Positions 14,238 to 30,851 are shown, counted from the first letter of the stretch. The stretch: 64,000 nt of DNA from Chrysomallon squamiferum (GCA_012295275.1 CM022675.1:6634001-6698000); one strand, 5' to 3'. Program-made: numbers and translations. Notes: a model not told the origin generated them from the sequence alone.

Positions 14238-16455
14238 TGTGTTAGTTTTACGTGTAAAATGTATCAAGTAGTTAGTTTTTGACTCGTTGTAAAAGAACTT
14301 GCTGACCGCTGTGTTTTTGCTCTGACAATACTTGATACTCGAAGAAAATTGAGAACAAGATCTTCTGTCCTATATGCGACGAAGAAAAAAAAAAAAAAAT
14401 AAATAAATGAAAGCTTTTAAATGCATTATATGTATTATAAAATGCATCCTTTTGTTGATATGCTTCGTTACAAATTAATTTTGGAAGGCAAAGTAATAAA
14501 ATTAATAATTAAGGAAATAAACAAACAAACAAACAAAACAGGTGAAAGATAAAGTTGAAATATTCAGGATGTATTTAGATTACTTCTTCGTATCATACAA
14601 AATATAAATTAACAGTTACAAATGTTTGTTTTTTTAGTTCAGACAATCTTACTCTGCTATAGACAGTTTGCCTAAGTTAGATATTCATGCATCAAATCGT
14701 TTATTTACATTATTTCACACATAAACAAATACTGGACGCAAGTACCTGATTCAAATTCATCAAAATTTAGCCAAGTTAAATAAAATTTTTATCACGTGTT
14801 TACACAAACTGCTTGATTCCAGTATAGAAATATTAACTAAACTCATCTCAGTTTACTCAAGTTAAACACAAATCATTTTATTTCTGAATACAGAAACAAT
14901 CGCTCATATCATCAACCCATCTCAGGCGTGCTTGGATAATTAAATCTGATACAATCACTTTGAGCACTAAAGAGGTTTCGGTGAAACTAATACATCAAAG
15001 AGAGAAAGAACTTGAATGACCTTACGATCGAATACTCTCATACAACGTACATTGCTAAAAAAAAAAAAAAGGGCACTAGTTATAATGCAAAACTGACCAG
15101 TGGTCAAGATGGGCTGTCAGATGTCCATCTTCCTGTATCTGGACATACCGAGATGATTTTTAAACGGAAACTTTTTACGTTGAATCGCCCCTTGAATTTG
15201 TCATGTTACGATCAGTGAAAGAGTATTAGAAGATTGGAATGCACAGACTGGAATTAATAGTGTTGTAACTTAGATCAAAAGTCGTGACTTGCTTTTTATT
15301 ACCTCTGTCTGAATATTGCTTACAAAGAAACGTGCTTATGTTTTGCTGTGTGCATGTATTCAGTGCTAACTGGTTTAATACTACTTTATCTACCTCAGTT
15401 TTTACGAATGGATTCCACGACTGTGCAATACGTATATACGTATATGTGTGCAATGTTTTACGTTGATTCTAAGGGGTTTCGTATATAGATGTGTATATAA
15501 TTGTTATGTATGTATTTGTGTATATCTCTGTGTTTACATACATACATACATACATACATACTATATACATACACTATATACATATGTGTATCTATATATG
15601 TATGTAAACACAGAGATACACAAAAATACATACATAGCAGTTATATACATTATGTGTGTTTGTGTGTGTTTATTTCTTGGGAGAAGAAGAAGAAGAAAAT
15701 TAATAAGAATAATAAGAATAAGAATAACACAGACAATTTCGTACGAACTGCTTCAATCTCGATTAATTCAGATTACGTCAAAAAAAACTTTTTATTACGT
15801 CCCAAACTATTCTCGATATAAAATTTAATTTACGATCACTCCCCCACCCCCACCCCCCACTCTCTCTCCCCCAACCCCTAACCCCACCCCGTCCTGTTAC
15901 GACACGCGAAATCGACGCGCTGTTTTGATTACGTCCCTTACGTGTCAAAAGAACCGCGGTTTTTGCCCAAAACGTCTGCACTCGAGAATCAATCACAATC
16001 CGATACTTTTTTTTGCGAAAGCCTGTCACTCGAGCACTGAAAGACCTCGCCCAGTACCACGAAGCTAGTAAAAAAAAACCTCGTTTATGTTGTTTTTTTT
16101 GTTGTTTTTTTACACGGAGAAAATATTGCTTTAATATAAATCGATAAGGAATTAGTCCTGTGCTCAAATTTGCCCCGTCGTGTGTCGATATTGTTACTGA
16201 CGGAAACCTCGTTGTCGTAAAGATCGTCAGCGAATATATTTTGTTTGACGAGTTCGAGAACTGTGAAGTGTTATCTTTATTCCGTCATTTTCCAGTCAGT
16301 TTAGCGAGCGAAGAACTGAAATTAATTTTTGCGTTGATTCTCGATACTTTGTCCTCGAAGTCGATTCCTGCGTGCTGCGTAGATAAAGATTTTTTGAAGA
16401 TTTTTTTTTTTTCCTTTTCGTTGTTTCTCGAATATTTTAAATTTGTTTTAAAGGT

Positions 16456-16927
<472 letters not shown>

Positions 16928-17268
16928 CTGTTTTGTTTCTTCTATAATTTAATGTGTTGATTTAGCATAAACTTCCCTTTCACCTGTCATTATACACACG
17001 AGTATTTTAACAAACAAGAAAACCAATGGCTCTGTACGTACTGCAAAATCGCACACGCTGTAAACAGTACAAAGCTGAATTAATACGTGTCAAACGCTAG
17101 TTAACTGTGGCTTACTCCTCTTCCAGAACCAAAATGTGCAGCAGAATTAACTAAATTGTGTACAAAAGCTTTCAGCAGGTGACAGAACGTAAATAACGTT
17201 TTGTAATGGCAACGCTAAAAGGTCCATAAATTGTATTCGCCTTTCTAAGCACTGGAAGATAAATCTCT

Positions 17269-17299
<31 letters not shown>

Positions 17300-17347
17300 G
17301 ATATAGATATAGATAGATAGATAAATAGATAGATGTTTATACACACA

Positions 17348-17387
<40 letters not shown>

Positions 17388-18166
17388 TGTATATATATAA
17401 AAAATCTATAACAGAGAAACGCACACACACACTCCTATATTACTGTGTGCGTGTGTGTTTCTGTAAGTTATTTTTTTAAATGTCAGTGTCTTTTTCTCTC
17501 TGTATATTTATCTATTTTTCTATCTATCTATCTATATATATATATGTACTGTTGATATATATATTCATCCATCCATCTACCTATTTATATGTCCATCTCT
17601 ATCTCGCTATCTTTTTATCTATCTGTATCTACCTATCTTGATCTACTGATCTATCTGATCTAAACATTTATCAGTTTGTATGTCTCTGTGTTTACTTGTA
17701 CTTCGATCTGTTTCTTTGTGGACTTCACAGCTACAAAATGTTCTAATGAATCACCTGCTAGCCTTTTCATCTGACTTCACATTCACGAAACAAAAAAAAA
17801 AAAAAAAAATAGTAAAATAAAATAAATAAAAATAATATTAATAATGATGATGACAATTTGTAGCAATGTCGAGATATATGTGTCAATTTTCTCTTTAATC
17901 ATACAAGTCAGTGAGTCCATTTAAATAATTTGTCAAACACTTTGTTTATTTATGTGTATACACTTGATTTTTTTTATTTTTTTATTATTATTTTTTTTAT
18001 TTATTTAAGGTTTTTTTTGTTTATTTATTTTAAAAAAAAAAAAGAAAAAAAAGAACTTTTTATCGCCTGATCCAAAGTTTAAGGCAGACAAAACCATAAA
18101 TAACAAGGATGTGGAAATATTTGATTTAGTAAACACAGATGAAATGAAATAAGAAAAAGAAAAACG

Positions 18167-18541
18167 ACATATATACATATATACGCACAAACATACATAC
18201 AAACATACATATTGTCATACATACATACATATATACATACACACACATACACACACATACATACATACATACATACATACATACACACATACACACACAT
18301 ACATACACACATACACATACATACACACATACATACATACATACATACAAACATACATACATAGACACACATACACACACATACACACATACATACACAC
18401 ATACACACTTACACACATACATACACACATACATACATACACACATACATACATACATACATACACACATACCTACATACATATACACACATATATACAA
18501 ACACACATACATACATACATACACTCACATCGACACACACA
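18167..18541. repeat. Degenerate (ATAC)n/(AC)n array
   Basis: Direct reading. Confidence 0.95.
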
Positions 18542-18982
18542 TTGTATGTATCATTTATCTGTTAACATTTTAGATAAACAATTACGTAATTTTTGATTAT
18601 ATATTATATTTTTTAATTTTAATTTTAATTTTTATGGCCAGCATCAAATTGGCGTTTACGATACATCAACGCAATGAAAGGGAGAGAAAAAAACAAAACA
18701 GTTTCTATTAATCCAGTTTGTTCAGCTCGGTAGATCGCGACAAAGACTACAATGAAATTTTTGTGTTGGATCAAACTCGATCCACAGCGAATAGGTCAAG
18801 TATGAAGTTTAATATACAGACCAACAGAGATCTGATTTTCTGTGAATCTGCTGTTAAAAGGGTTTACGTGGAATGGTTTAGTTTTCTGATAATTTAATAA
18901 TCTGCTGTTGTTATCATTGTAAACGTGATGGTTTCGGATTAAAGGTTTGTGTTAGTGTGTCATTAGAAAGCTTCAAAGAGAT

Positions 18983-19109
18983 ATAATAATAATAATAATA
19001 ATAATAATGTTAATTTAATAATAATAATAATGATAATAATAATGTTAATAATAATAATGTTAATAATAACAATAATGTTAATAATAATAACAATAATAAT
19101 AATAATAAT

Positions 19110-19163
<54 letters not shown>

Positions 19164-19515
19164 GATAATGATGATGGTAATAATAATAATATAGTAATAA
19201 TGATAATAACAGTAGTAGTAGTAGTGGTAGTGGTAGTTGTAGTAATAGTAGTTGCTGTTGTTGCCGTTGTAGAGTAGTACTATAAGTAAAGGTAAAATGA
19301 TGATGTTGTTGATGATGATGATTGCATTAAAGACAATGAAACGAATAAAATAAAATATAAATTAATAAAATGATTTAATATAATGTAACGTAACATAACA
19401 TAATATAGCCGAGCATAACGTAGCATAACATCATAACATAATATAACATAACATAATATAACATAACATAACATAACATAACATAAAATAATATAATATA
19501 ATATAATATAACATA
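18983..19515. repeat. (AAT)n/(GAT)n/(TAG)n tract followed by a (TAACA/TAATA)n pentamer repeat at ~19380-19515
   Basis: Direct reading. Confidence 0.9.
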
Positions 19516-19948
19516 AAACAACAAAGTTCGTCGAATGCAGCAATAAATTTCAGTGAAACAGTTTAATTATTTGGACTCAGTTATTTAAAAAAAAATAATA
19601 ATAATAACAAAAACTTCTCAATGACATTTTCCAAAAGATCTATCTTAATCTGTGTTCAGGAGTCAGTATGATTCCTGCGCTTTCTTATTAGTGAGCTTGA
19701 CGAGAAAATTAACCTCGCGTTTCACATTTATCAAAGTATGTTTTAAAGGGAAAAAAATAAACTATTTTATCTACGTGTTACATATTATCTTACGATTATG
19801 TGTGGTTAAGGGTAACTCACATAAATTGATCGTTTTTCAAGTGTTAATGTTCAAGGGACTGTATTAAAATACTGTATATGTCTTTGTTGTGAAAATGTTA
19901 TATTTATAATATTAAAATATCTAGGGAATTTGTTTTATTTTTATTTTT

Positions 19949-19952
<4 letters not shown>

Positions 19953-20026
<74 letters not shown>

Positions 20027-20044
20027 TATTATTATTACTATTAC

Positions 20045-20086
<42 letters not shown>
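19953..20086. repeat. (TTA)n microsatellite
   Basis: Direct reading. Confidence 0.96.
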
Positions 20087-20087
<1 letters not shown>

Positions 20088-20742
20088 TTAATGTTATAAA
20101 AATATTAAACAGTAACAGCGTATGAAACAACAAACGTAGTCAACTATTGTTAATTTCAACATCACTGAGAACTGACATAAACTCTCTAGAAAAAAGGAAA
20201 AAAGAACAACAAAAAAAACAACAACAAATAAATAAAAAAAAAAACAATAAAAAAACCCGTCTCAAATCAAGGAGAAAATCAACAGTTTTTATTTACGAAA
20301 TTGCAACACTTTGCTGTATTTCGTATATCCGGCTACTTTAGACTGGCGTCAGGCCAGTGCTTTTTCAATATCGTGTTCTGTTACGTGATGCGTAATGTTT
20401 GATAGGAACCTGTCGTCTGGTAAAACCGCGCCAATTTACTGCAGTACGTTTCTGCAGCAAAGTAAAATGTAATGCGATGAAATGTTCCTTTGAAAAACAA
20501 ACAAAAAAAAAAACAACGGCCTCGAAGAGTTGTAATAACAAAACAACGAATAAATATAAAAGTTAAATAAATTTCAAAGAAAATTGTGCGCACTGAAGTA
20601 AATTAGCGGTTTACGAATTGAAAACGTGACATATTGTCTGTCTTGCGTTTTTTTACTCCAGCAAAACGTTTTACCCGCTCTTAAGTTTGTAAACCCGGAT
20701 TTCTGTCACAGGTCAGCTTTAACTAGAACCCCGAAATGTCAA

Positions 20743-20755
20743 AGGTCAAAGGTCA
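20743..20755 (+). promoter_or_regulatory. Perfect nuclear-receptor DR1 motif AGGTCA-A-AGGTCA with a third half-site ATGTCA at 20736
   Basis: Exact motif match; function not shown. Confidence 0.4.
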
Positions 20756-21759
20756 AATTTAGATATGGCGACGGTTTAAGACAGCGGACGCCAAAAAGAC
20801 TCTGCTTAAAAATTAAGAAATGACTGTGTTTGTTGAACTTTGCCAGAATGACGCCAAGACGCCAAAAACAGATTAGTCCAGGAGGGGTGGGGGGTGGGGG
20901 GGTGGAGGGTTTGTTCTTTTAGATCTTTATTAAAATATTTGGTTTCTAGATTTATATTAATATACAAATAATGCTGTAGATCAATGTATAATGATGTCAC
21001 AGAGTCTGATTTTAAAACTCTCGTTAATCAACCTAAAAACCAATGATCTTATGGTATGTATGCGTGTACATGTGTGTGTTTGTGTGTGTGTGTAGGTGTG
21101 TATATATACGTAGATAAGTATATATATATATATGTATGTAGATATTACTGTCTATAATATATTTGATGGGTTAAATATACAAATGACGATTTTCTTAGAC
21201 AAATGTTATTATGGTAAACACAGCCAGACAAAAAAAGAAAAAATCAAATTGTTTTAAATATTTAAACGTTTAAATATTTCTTGTCCGAGTTTTATACGTA
21301 AATATAATTATCTTCATCCTTACGATGTCTTCCCTCGCTTTTCTAATTTATCCCTAGATTAGATTCTAAATGGCGTATAGTATTTACCAGACTCTTTCAA
21401 ACGCTTATTATCTACGCATAAAGCTTAAGGCCAGACAGACGGACAAACAGACGGATTCTCGCAAGACGACGGAGAATTAGAATTAGTTTGTTAAAGGTGG
21501 AAGCGGTGGTGAGAAAATTATTTTAGTGGGTCACCGCGCGATCGTTGTAAAAGTTTCTAATGTCTGCCGCCGGTTATTAAGTAAGGAAAGGAAAATAATT
21601 CGTGTCTTAATTTAACAACATTCTTATGTGGCGTTATAGACAGATAGACAGACAGATAGATAGATAGATAGGTAGGTAGATGGGCAGATCAACAAAGACA
21701 GACAGTCAGACAAACAGATATATGGATGGATAGATAAATAGATAGATATACATACATAC

Positions 21760-21973
<214 letters not shown>

Positions 21974-22288
21974 GATAAGGTATATTTTTGTAATGTGTTT
22001 TTATTTTAACCATTGTTGTTATGGCGTTAAACGTATACTCGATGATGTAGTCTTCGTCATCATCATCTTCATCTTCTTCGTCGTCGTAGTCGTCATCATT
22101 GTCGTCATCATTATTATCATTATCCTCGTCATCATCATCGTTTTCATCAGTATGTCTGTACCATCATATTCACTATCATGTCAGTATTTTGCGAATACTG
22201 TCAATTTGTTTTCCTATTTTAGTTTCGTATTAAAGTTTCTATCACCCAGTGGTCAGTTTCTGGTCCATTCTGGTCACCTTGTCAAATA

Positions 22289-22416
22289 ATCTGAGTAAAA
22301 TGGACAGTTTTTATTCCATAAATGAGGGATGTAACTTATAATTGAGGTATGTAAAATAATAATAATAAAATAACTCAATTTCCTTGTCTGGGATCTGAAA
22401 GATGAAAAGAAAAAGA
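22289..22416 (+). repeat. Dispersed repeat family B, copy 1
   Basis: ATCTGAGTAAAATGGACAGTTTTTATT (27 bp) is identical to the reverse complement of the end of 31548-31644; similarity continues to AAAAGAAAAAGA. Confidence 0.8.
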
Positions 22417-22670
22417 TCATTTGTCTTTCATCTCTGATTTAGTTTACAAATATTACTTATTCATTCTTTCCTCCTCTTGAGTTTTAGTCTTTCTCTCATT
22501 TTCTTTCTTTCTTTCTTTTTTTTTTCTTTTTTTTTTTTTTCAGTTTTCTTTTCAGTTACTAATTAATGTATTATTGCTGTTGTTATTTTCATGTTTGTTA
22601 TCATCATCATCGACATTGTTGTTGCTGTTGTTGTTATTACTAATACTACTACTTCTCTTACACTTTTACC

Positions 22671-22752
<82 letters not shown>

Positions 22753-23459
22753 GATTTTGATGGTTTCGTTACTGCTTCGTGTTTTTTGGCATTTAAAGTT
22801 GGCTGAAGAATTAATGAAATAATTAAAAAATTACTACAAGTATGTGTGTTTGTGCATGTATGTAACAATTACACGTTAAAAGCTCAAAATAACGATAGAG
22901 AAAGGAAAAATAGAACAAAAAATAGAAAGAAAAGAAAAATAAAAGAAAAATAATCAAAAAAAACAACAAAAAAAAAAACAACACCCAAAAAACAGAAGAA
23001 TCTAATAAGCAGCAAATAAAAAAGAAAATAATAAGATTCAGACAAAGATTGGCGAGGGAAAAAGAAAAAAATCAAAAAAAAAAAAGGAAAAAAAAGAAAA
23101 GTGTTTTAAAAAGATAATAATAATAACAACCAGCATGAAACAAACACAAATATTATTTTTGTCGAAGAATAAAGTCATGTAATTCGGTTCGGAAATTCAA
23201 TGACATGAAACAAAATTTCACCATCATTTTGTGGTATTAACAAAATGACAGTCCTGTCGAATATGGCGCCAGAAACCTCAAACATTTTTTTACGTCTGAA
23301 GAGAAAAATCGTAAAAAAAAAAAATCGTAAAATTAAACGTTCATGTAACTAGTAATTGATATCGTGGGATCAAAAGTTTTTTTTTTTTGTTTTTAATGTT
23401 CTGTTTGAAAAGAGATTGCTATTGTCGAGACAACGGAAAATAAGATTTAGTAAATAAAT

Positions 23460-23493
<34 letters not shown>

Positions 23494-24008
23494 TGTTTTA
23501 TTTTAAAGTGGATGAGTTTACGACAAGAAAATAGACTTTGATTGACATCAATTTAGCAATGAAAAGAAATAAAAAATCAAATGAAAAAATAAATAACACG
23601 ATGTAATTATTACTGTTATTATTATTTAGGAAATTGTTGAATGAGTTGATCTTTCCGTTGCTTCTTTATTTTGTATCTTCTTTCGTAATTTAAAAAAAAA
23701 AAAATTACTATAATTTTCTATTGAGCCTACTAAGTTCCAATAAAAGTTTAGCCATAGGAAATAAAATTACTTTATTTAAAGATTAAAGTATAATCATTTC
23801 GAAAACATATTTAAAAAAATAATCACTAAATAAGAACAAAACAAAAAAAAAACACAAAGAAAAAGAGAAATAGGTCCTTATTTTACCAGCAGAGATTAGA
23901 GTATAAGCATCTTGAAAACAAATTAAAAAATAAATTAATAAATAAATAAATAAATAAGTAAATAAGTAAATAAATAACAATATATTAATCATCATAATAA
24001 TAATAATA

Positions 24009-24045
<37 letters not shown>

Positions 24046-24158
24046 CTAAGATCATGAATTTGCATTATTTAATTAATCTATACTGACCAAAAAAAGTTAA
24101 GCCTACAATAAAAAAAAAATTCTATCAGAAATGAGTTTCTTCTGTTACTGTGTCAGTT

Positions 24159-24361
24159 AAAATGAACTTGGAGCCGCTGGATAACTGAATGGCAGACATT
24201 TTTTTACTCATGGATAAACAATCTTTCAACCATCCATTACTTCGACAACACCTCTGAATGTGTGTTTTTTCCAATTCTAGGTGGGTTTGTTGTCCGTGTG
24301 TCTGTATCAGTGAAGTTTATAACCAGCCAGATTTAAACATGAAAAGACTAAATACATTTTA
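24159..24361 (+). repeat. Dispersed repeat family A, copy 2
   Basis: Collinear homolog of 8972-9170. Confidence 0.88.
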
Positions 24362-25053
24362 AAAACCATGAGTTTCATATATGTCATAGGCAGAAAATAG
24401 ATGATATTGACGATAATGATGATGACGATGACAATGATGATGATAATAATAGTTTGTAGCAGTAGTAGTTGTAGTAGCAGAGTGATACCAGAAGCTGCAG
24501 CAGCTGCAGTCGTAGTAGCAGTACTAGTTTTAGTTGTAGTGGTAGTTGTAACAGTAGTAGTAATAAAAGAGTTTCACTATAATCATGCTGTTATTAAGCA
24601 TAATCATCATCATTACCATCGTCATTATTATTATTATTGTAGTTGTTGCTGCTGTTGTTGTTTTTCTTCTTGTTGTTGTTCTCATCATAATAATCATCAT
24701 CATTATCATCATCTTTATGAACATATTTATCATTACCATCATCATCATCATCATCATCATTATTATTATTTGACTTTCATCCTTCAGTCTATTCACCTCA
24801 GTTTGCAAAACTGAATTTCTTACAAGATTTCAGACTGTTTCAGTAAATGTAACCAAATCACAAAGCTTGCCCTCGGCCAGACGTTATTTGTATTAATTTC
24901 TAAATTGTTCGTATTTCCAAACATATGACTGAAATGTTATATTACTCTGGCATTTGCTCGAGACGAGAATAAATCAAGTCAAAAAAAAAAAAAAAAAAAA
25001 AAAAAAGCAGACGGACACACGGTCGGTTGGATGAAATTTTTTACGAATCGTCT

Positions 25054-25280
25054 GTCGCTAGGCAACAGATTATCAACGTCACTGACAGATTATTTATCTT
25101 TTTTTACAGCTTTTCAAAACGAAACAGACAAATTCTGAAAACGGTGATAGACATAGGTAGATTCCTCTGTCTGTCGTAGTGGTAGCCGTAGAGCAAAAAA
25201 TCGAAAACGTCGACGTCCCATTTGTGCCACGAATTCAGCTAGGTCGGGTTGACCAGTGCAGAGGTCAAAGGTCAGATAAG
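25054..25280. promoter_or_regulatory. Motif cluster: RFX X-box-like GTCGCTAGGCAAC (25054-66), TGACAG (25083-88), DR1 (25262-74) and adjacent GATAAG
   Basis: Motif matches in a unique CpG-containing island between homopolymer runs. Confidence 0.35.
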
Positions 25281-25755
25281 TACTGTGTGTATATTAATTT
25301 TTTTTTTTTTTTTTTTTTATTTTTTTTTTTATTTTTTTTTTTTTTTTTTTTTTTATTTTTTTTTTTTTTTTTTTGTACACTGCAGTTTTCGATCTGGACG
25401 CGAGATTTCTAGAAATTTCAATTTAAATCTCACTGCTGGAGGTTTTTGCTTTTTTTGGGTGTTTCCAGAAGTGCTTGAAGTTGTTAGTATGAGACAACGA
25501 ATTAAAGAAAGTTAACCGGTAGAAAAAAAAAAAAAAAAAAAAAAATAAATAAATAAATAAGATTTATGTACGTTGCAAGAAGAAAATCTCATTTCGCAAT
25601 TTGCCATAATCTCCCATTCGATTACTTCTCCAAAACAACCTATTTATCAGTATGATTTATTATTACTGTGATTATTACTATTATTATTATTCTTGTTATT
25701 ATTATTGTTATTATTGTTATTGTAGTTGTTGTTGTTCAGAGATACAGACAGATTG

Positions 25756-25851
<96 letters not shown>

Positions 25852-26134
25852 ACAAAATACTGTCTTCTATCATTGTTTATCACGGGTCTTAATAGGAAAC
25901 TGAGGTAATGATGTGTTTTTGCACATTTGATACACGTACAGTCTATAATGTAACTAATTATTGTAAAAGCTCTGCCAGCCTGAATTCGTTCTGACTCTTA
26001 ACTTTTGCCACTGACAATAAATTATAACACATCTATGTTTTCAAATATCTAACACGTCGTGTTAAATCTCTGATTTAAAGTTGTCACATTGTTGCTTGTA
26101 TTCCATGAAATCAATTACCGTACACACACATTTA

Positions 26135-26190
<56 letters not shown>

Positions 26191-26294
26191 TCTCTCTCTC
26201 TCTCTTTTTTTCTTTCTTTGCATATATATTATGTGTTTGTGTGTTTCTCTGTCTCTATGTCACTATAACTGTAAATATATGCATCTCTCTCTCT

Positions 26295-26406
<112 letters not shown>

Positions 26407-27479
26407 CTACATATTTCTGTCTCTAACTCTCTATCTCTCTAGCTGTCTGCCTCTCTGTATATTTACAACAACAACAATAATATATATATTTTTTTCAGAC
26501 ACCCTTCGACCCAAACATGATTTCTAGCGAAACGGGTCAAATAATAACTAATAACTATTCAGCAGTACACATCTGAGCCACAAATACATAAACCTCTCTA
26601 AAAACAGGACACACTGCTAGAAACATAAATTAAACTAATGCTGAATCCAAATTAAAAGAATTAAATGAAATACATTAGAATAATTCAGAAAACTATCTGA
26701 ATTTTAAAAAAAATTATTATTATTAAATTAAATTAAATTAAATTAATGAATATCATTTGCCGGGTCTAATTTTATCCGCTTCAAAAATGTTCCAGGATTG
26801 TCAGTACCTTAAAAATTGGCAGTATGCGTGTTTGTATGTGTGTGTGTGCGTGCGTGCGTGTGTATCTGCGTGTGTGGACTGTCTTCCTACTCACACACGC
26901 ACGCACACACACACACATATAAATATATATATACATTCGTCCATCACACACACACAGCTTTACAACATTTAAACCGAGGATTCCTGTACGAGAGAAAAGG
27001 ATAAGAAATCAATAGACCTATATTTTTTATTTTTGCTAAAGGTTTTATGAAAAACAGGAGCAGTGAAATGTGATGCTAATGGACCGCTAATACAGTCGAG
27101 TTCTCAAACTAATGGAGGATTACAACAGAAAAAAAGAAAAAAAAGAAAAGGAAGACGATATCAACCATCGTCTGCGTTAATCCGGCCGCCTTAGTCGACA
27201 CAATGCGGATAATGGTTTCAAAGTGCGACATTAGGAGTTATTCGATAATAGACTATTGGATCTTAATGTCAAGCGAATGAATCCCAGGTAAAACGTTTAA
27301 CACTTCTACACATTCATAGCCTGTACTTTAACAATTTTTATTTTTATATTATTTTATTATTATTATTTTTTTTTATCTTTACTTTAGTCTGAGTCTTCAT
27401 TATTTGCTTCTGAAACGAAATCTTCAGAGATCGCGCCTAAAACCATCACCAGATACTTAGGATCGTGTTAAACGCCGGA

Positions 27480-27866
<387 letters not shown>

Positions 27867-28708
27867 CAATCACTTATTTAATGATGATCACTGACAAACT
27901 CACGACTCCTCTATTTCTTTTCTCACTTTATGTGATCGATTAACTTTTATTGTCCAGTATCCATCCATTCTTCCATTCAGATTTAGTTGCCGATATGAGA
28001 AGATTTATTAGTGGGAGCTTTGTTTTAGAACTGTTCAGAAAAGAATCTTGATTATTATTTCTCTTGTGATTAATAAAACTAAACTGTATACATACATACG
28101 TATCGACCTGCATATATACAGACACGTCCACCCATCCAACCCTCTGTATATCGAACTTAAATAAAATATCTGTTTTTATGCTGACAGTCGAAAACCCTAT
28201 AACTACAACAACGCAATCTATATAAAATCAATGAACATTTTTTCTAATTATTTTTTTGATTGACAAGTCCTTAAAAATGTTGTCAATAACAAACAAAACC
28301 ATAAAAAAATATATATATATAGTAGTGAAAAATTAATATACCAGTTTCGTTTATGGTAGTTATGACTTTAAAAATGTTGCCAATAATAATAATAATTTAA
28401 AAAAAAAAAATTTGCAAAAAATTAACTGTATGTAGAAATAATAATTTAATTCATTCGTCATGTCTTTGAAAACGGTGTCAGTCATAAAGAATGCTATTTC
28501 TGTCCTTCCACTATAATTGGGTTAAACCAACGCTCCGATTTAGGAAATACAAACATTGCACTAGTTAATCCTTCAAACATCTCGTTGATGAAATTAAGAA
28601 ATCCGAGGTCAACAGAAATAAAAAATATTTTTAAAAAACTTTAGTTTGCAAGGAGCGAAGTTTACAGGAATGATAGAGAGGTGTTCAAAAAAAGAATGAG
28701 AGAGAGGG

Positions 28709-28801
<93 letters not shown>

Positions 28802-29740
28802 CACTGACGGGAAGAGGGATAGTCTTGATGTATAAATAGACAGTTTAGTGTTTATTAATTTATTTCTTTATTTCTTTATTTATTCTATAATCTATATCTT
28901 TCATTTCATTTCTTTTTATTTCTTTATTTCTTATTTTTGTTTCATTTTTTTTCGTTTACTTATTGTTTATTTTATTTTATTTTATTAATTTTTTTTATTA
29001 ATTAATTTACTGTTTTTTAATTATTTGTTTACTCCTTTTTTTAATTTATTAATTAATTATCATTTATTAATCATTTTAACTGCATTTCTTTATTATTATT
29101 TCAGTACGCTTTTATCCAAAATGTCCGTCTAGCGTTCAACCATCCGTTCTGCACGATTGAGAAAACACACACATCCGTCTGTTTGTCAACCGTTAATAGA
29201 CCGGAACAAAGTGGTTTCGATGACAACACGGCGATTATTAGCAGCGTAATTTCTGCTGTTGCCGGTTCTGCAGAAAGAAAACCAGTCGCCTTGATGGTAC
29301 GCCGGAAGTCATTTTACGTCAGTTCGTAATAAATCTTTTTTTTTTTTTTTTTTTTGTGAAAGGAATACCAGTGGATGTCAGGTAACTTATTTGTTTGTTA
29401 TTGTTCTTTTGTTCCTTCTTTTTTCTTTTTTTTTGTGTTTTTCTTTATTATCATTATTATTATTATTATTATTTTTTTTTATTATTATTATTTTTATTAT
29501 TATTATTTATTAATTTTTTAATGTTTTTTTTTTTTTTTTGTTATATTTATTTATTATTTTTTGTTACTTTTTTTATTATTATTTATTTATTTATTTATTT
29601 ATTATTATTAATTTTTATTTATTTATTTATTTATTGTTATATACGGTAAATACGGCGAATTCACGAGATGAAAACTAAACGCGACACGCTTACACGATCT
29701 GTCAGCCGCTTTGTCGCTTCGCAGAGTCCCGTTACAGCTT

Positions 29741-29800
29741 CCGAATTACACCGATTTACACCGAATTAAACCGATCTACACCGATCTAACCACGATCCGT
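29741..29800. repeat. 10-bp tandem repeat (CCGAWYTACA-like), 5-6 copies
   Basis: CCGA recurs every 10 bp. Confidence 0.8.
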
Positions 29801-30090
29801 TAAATCGACCCCAAATTACCAGCTGAAAGCTTTTCGCGATTTCTCTTGCACTTAATAATCGCACAGCAAATAAAACGGAGACAGACATTTACATTCGCAA
29901 TCACAGCCTCGGCGTGGAATGCAGTGATTATATAAAAAGGTAGTTCTAACATGAAAATTAATAAACATGTCGGAGATTAATGGAACTGCAATGTCCACGA
30001 AATGGTTCGTTGAGATAAATAAAACGCCGATATTTTTCGAGACGTCGTGACAGATTTATCAACGTGCGTGTCAGCGTGAGACTAATACTC

Positions 30091-30406
30091 AATAAGGACA
30101 TGCTTGATTTGTAGTGGAAATAAATATTACGTAAAGGTTATAAAATATAAAGGATCAATGCTCATGAAAGGCTTGTGTGAATTATGTTAGAAATAAATTT
30201 TGCGTAGACGTTTTTTTTCAGTGTATATATATATATATATATCGATGTAAGTACCAATAAAACAGCAGTACACAAACAAGGGCATGCTTGAATTAGTATA
30301 CAAGAAATAAATATTATTTAAAGATTATAAAATATAAAGGAACGATGCTCATGAAATGCTTGCTTGAATTGTACTAGAAATAAATTTTATTCAGACGTTT
30401 TTCAAG
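30091..30406 (+). repeat. Diverged local duplication of a ~130-bp core with a ~185-bp period
   Basis: CATGCTTGA...TTATAAAATATAAAGGA...ATGCTCATGAAA...TAGAAATAAATTTT...AGACGTTTTT occurs at 30091-30220 and 30276-30406. Confidence 0.88.
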
Positions 30407-30851
30407 ATGTCAAGATTTATATGAATGTACGTGAACGAAGGCAGTACAGTATTCATGCTCGAATTATAATGAAAAAAAAATCTATGACGTCAGATTATCA
30501 CAGGGAAAGTGAGTAATAGGAAAGTCGAAAGGTCAAGGTCAATGTATCCAAGATGTGAAAGAACTTAACATAAAACTGACTGAAATGTACTGAAAACAAA
30601 ACTTGCAGTTTCCAGAAAGTTGATGTATTGTTTAGTTTTAAGAAAATCAGCTGCAGCAGTTTTTTTTTTTTTTTTCTTTTTTTTTCATCGTCGTCGTATT
30701 CGTAGTCATCATTACCACAGCTTTCAACTTATCATCTTCATCGTCGTCATTGTCATATTAATGAGCATAGTTGTATTGATATTCATCACCGTTGTTATCA
30801 TCACTATTTTGATCATCATGATTATCGTAATTATAATTGATTTATGTTGTT

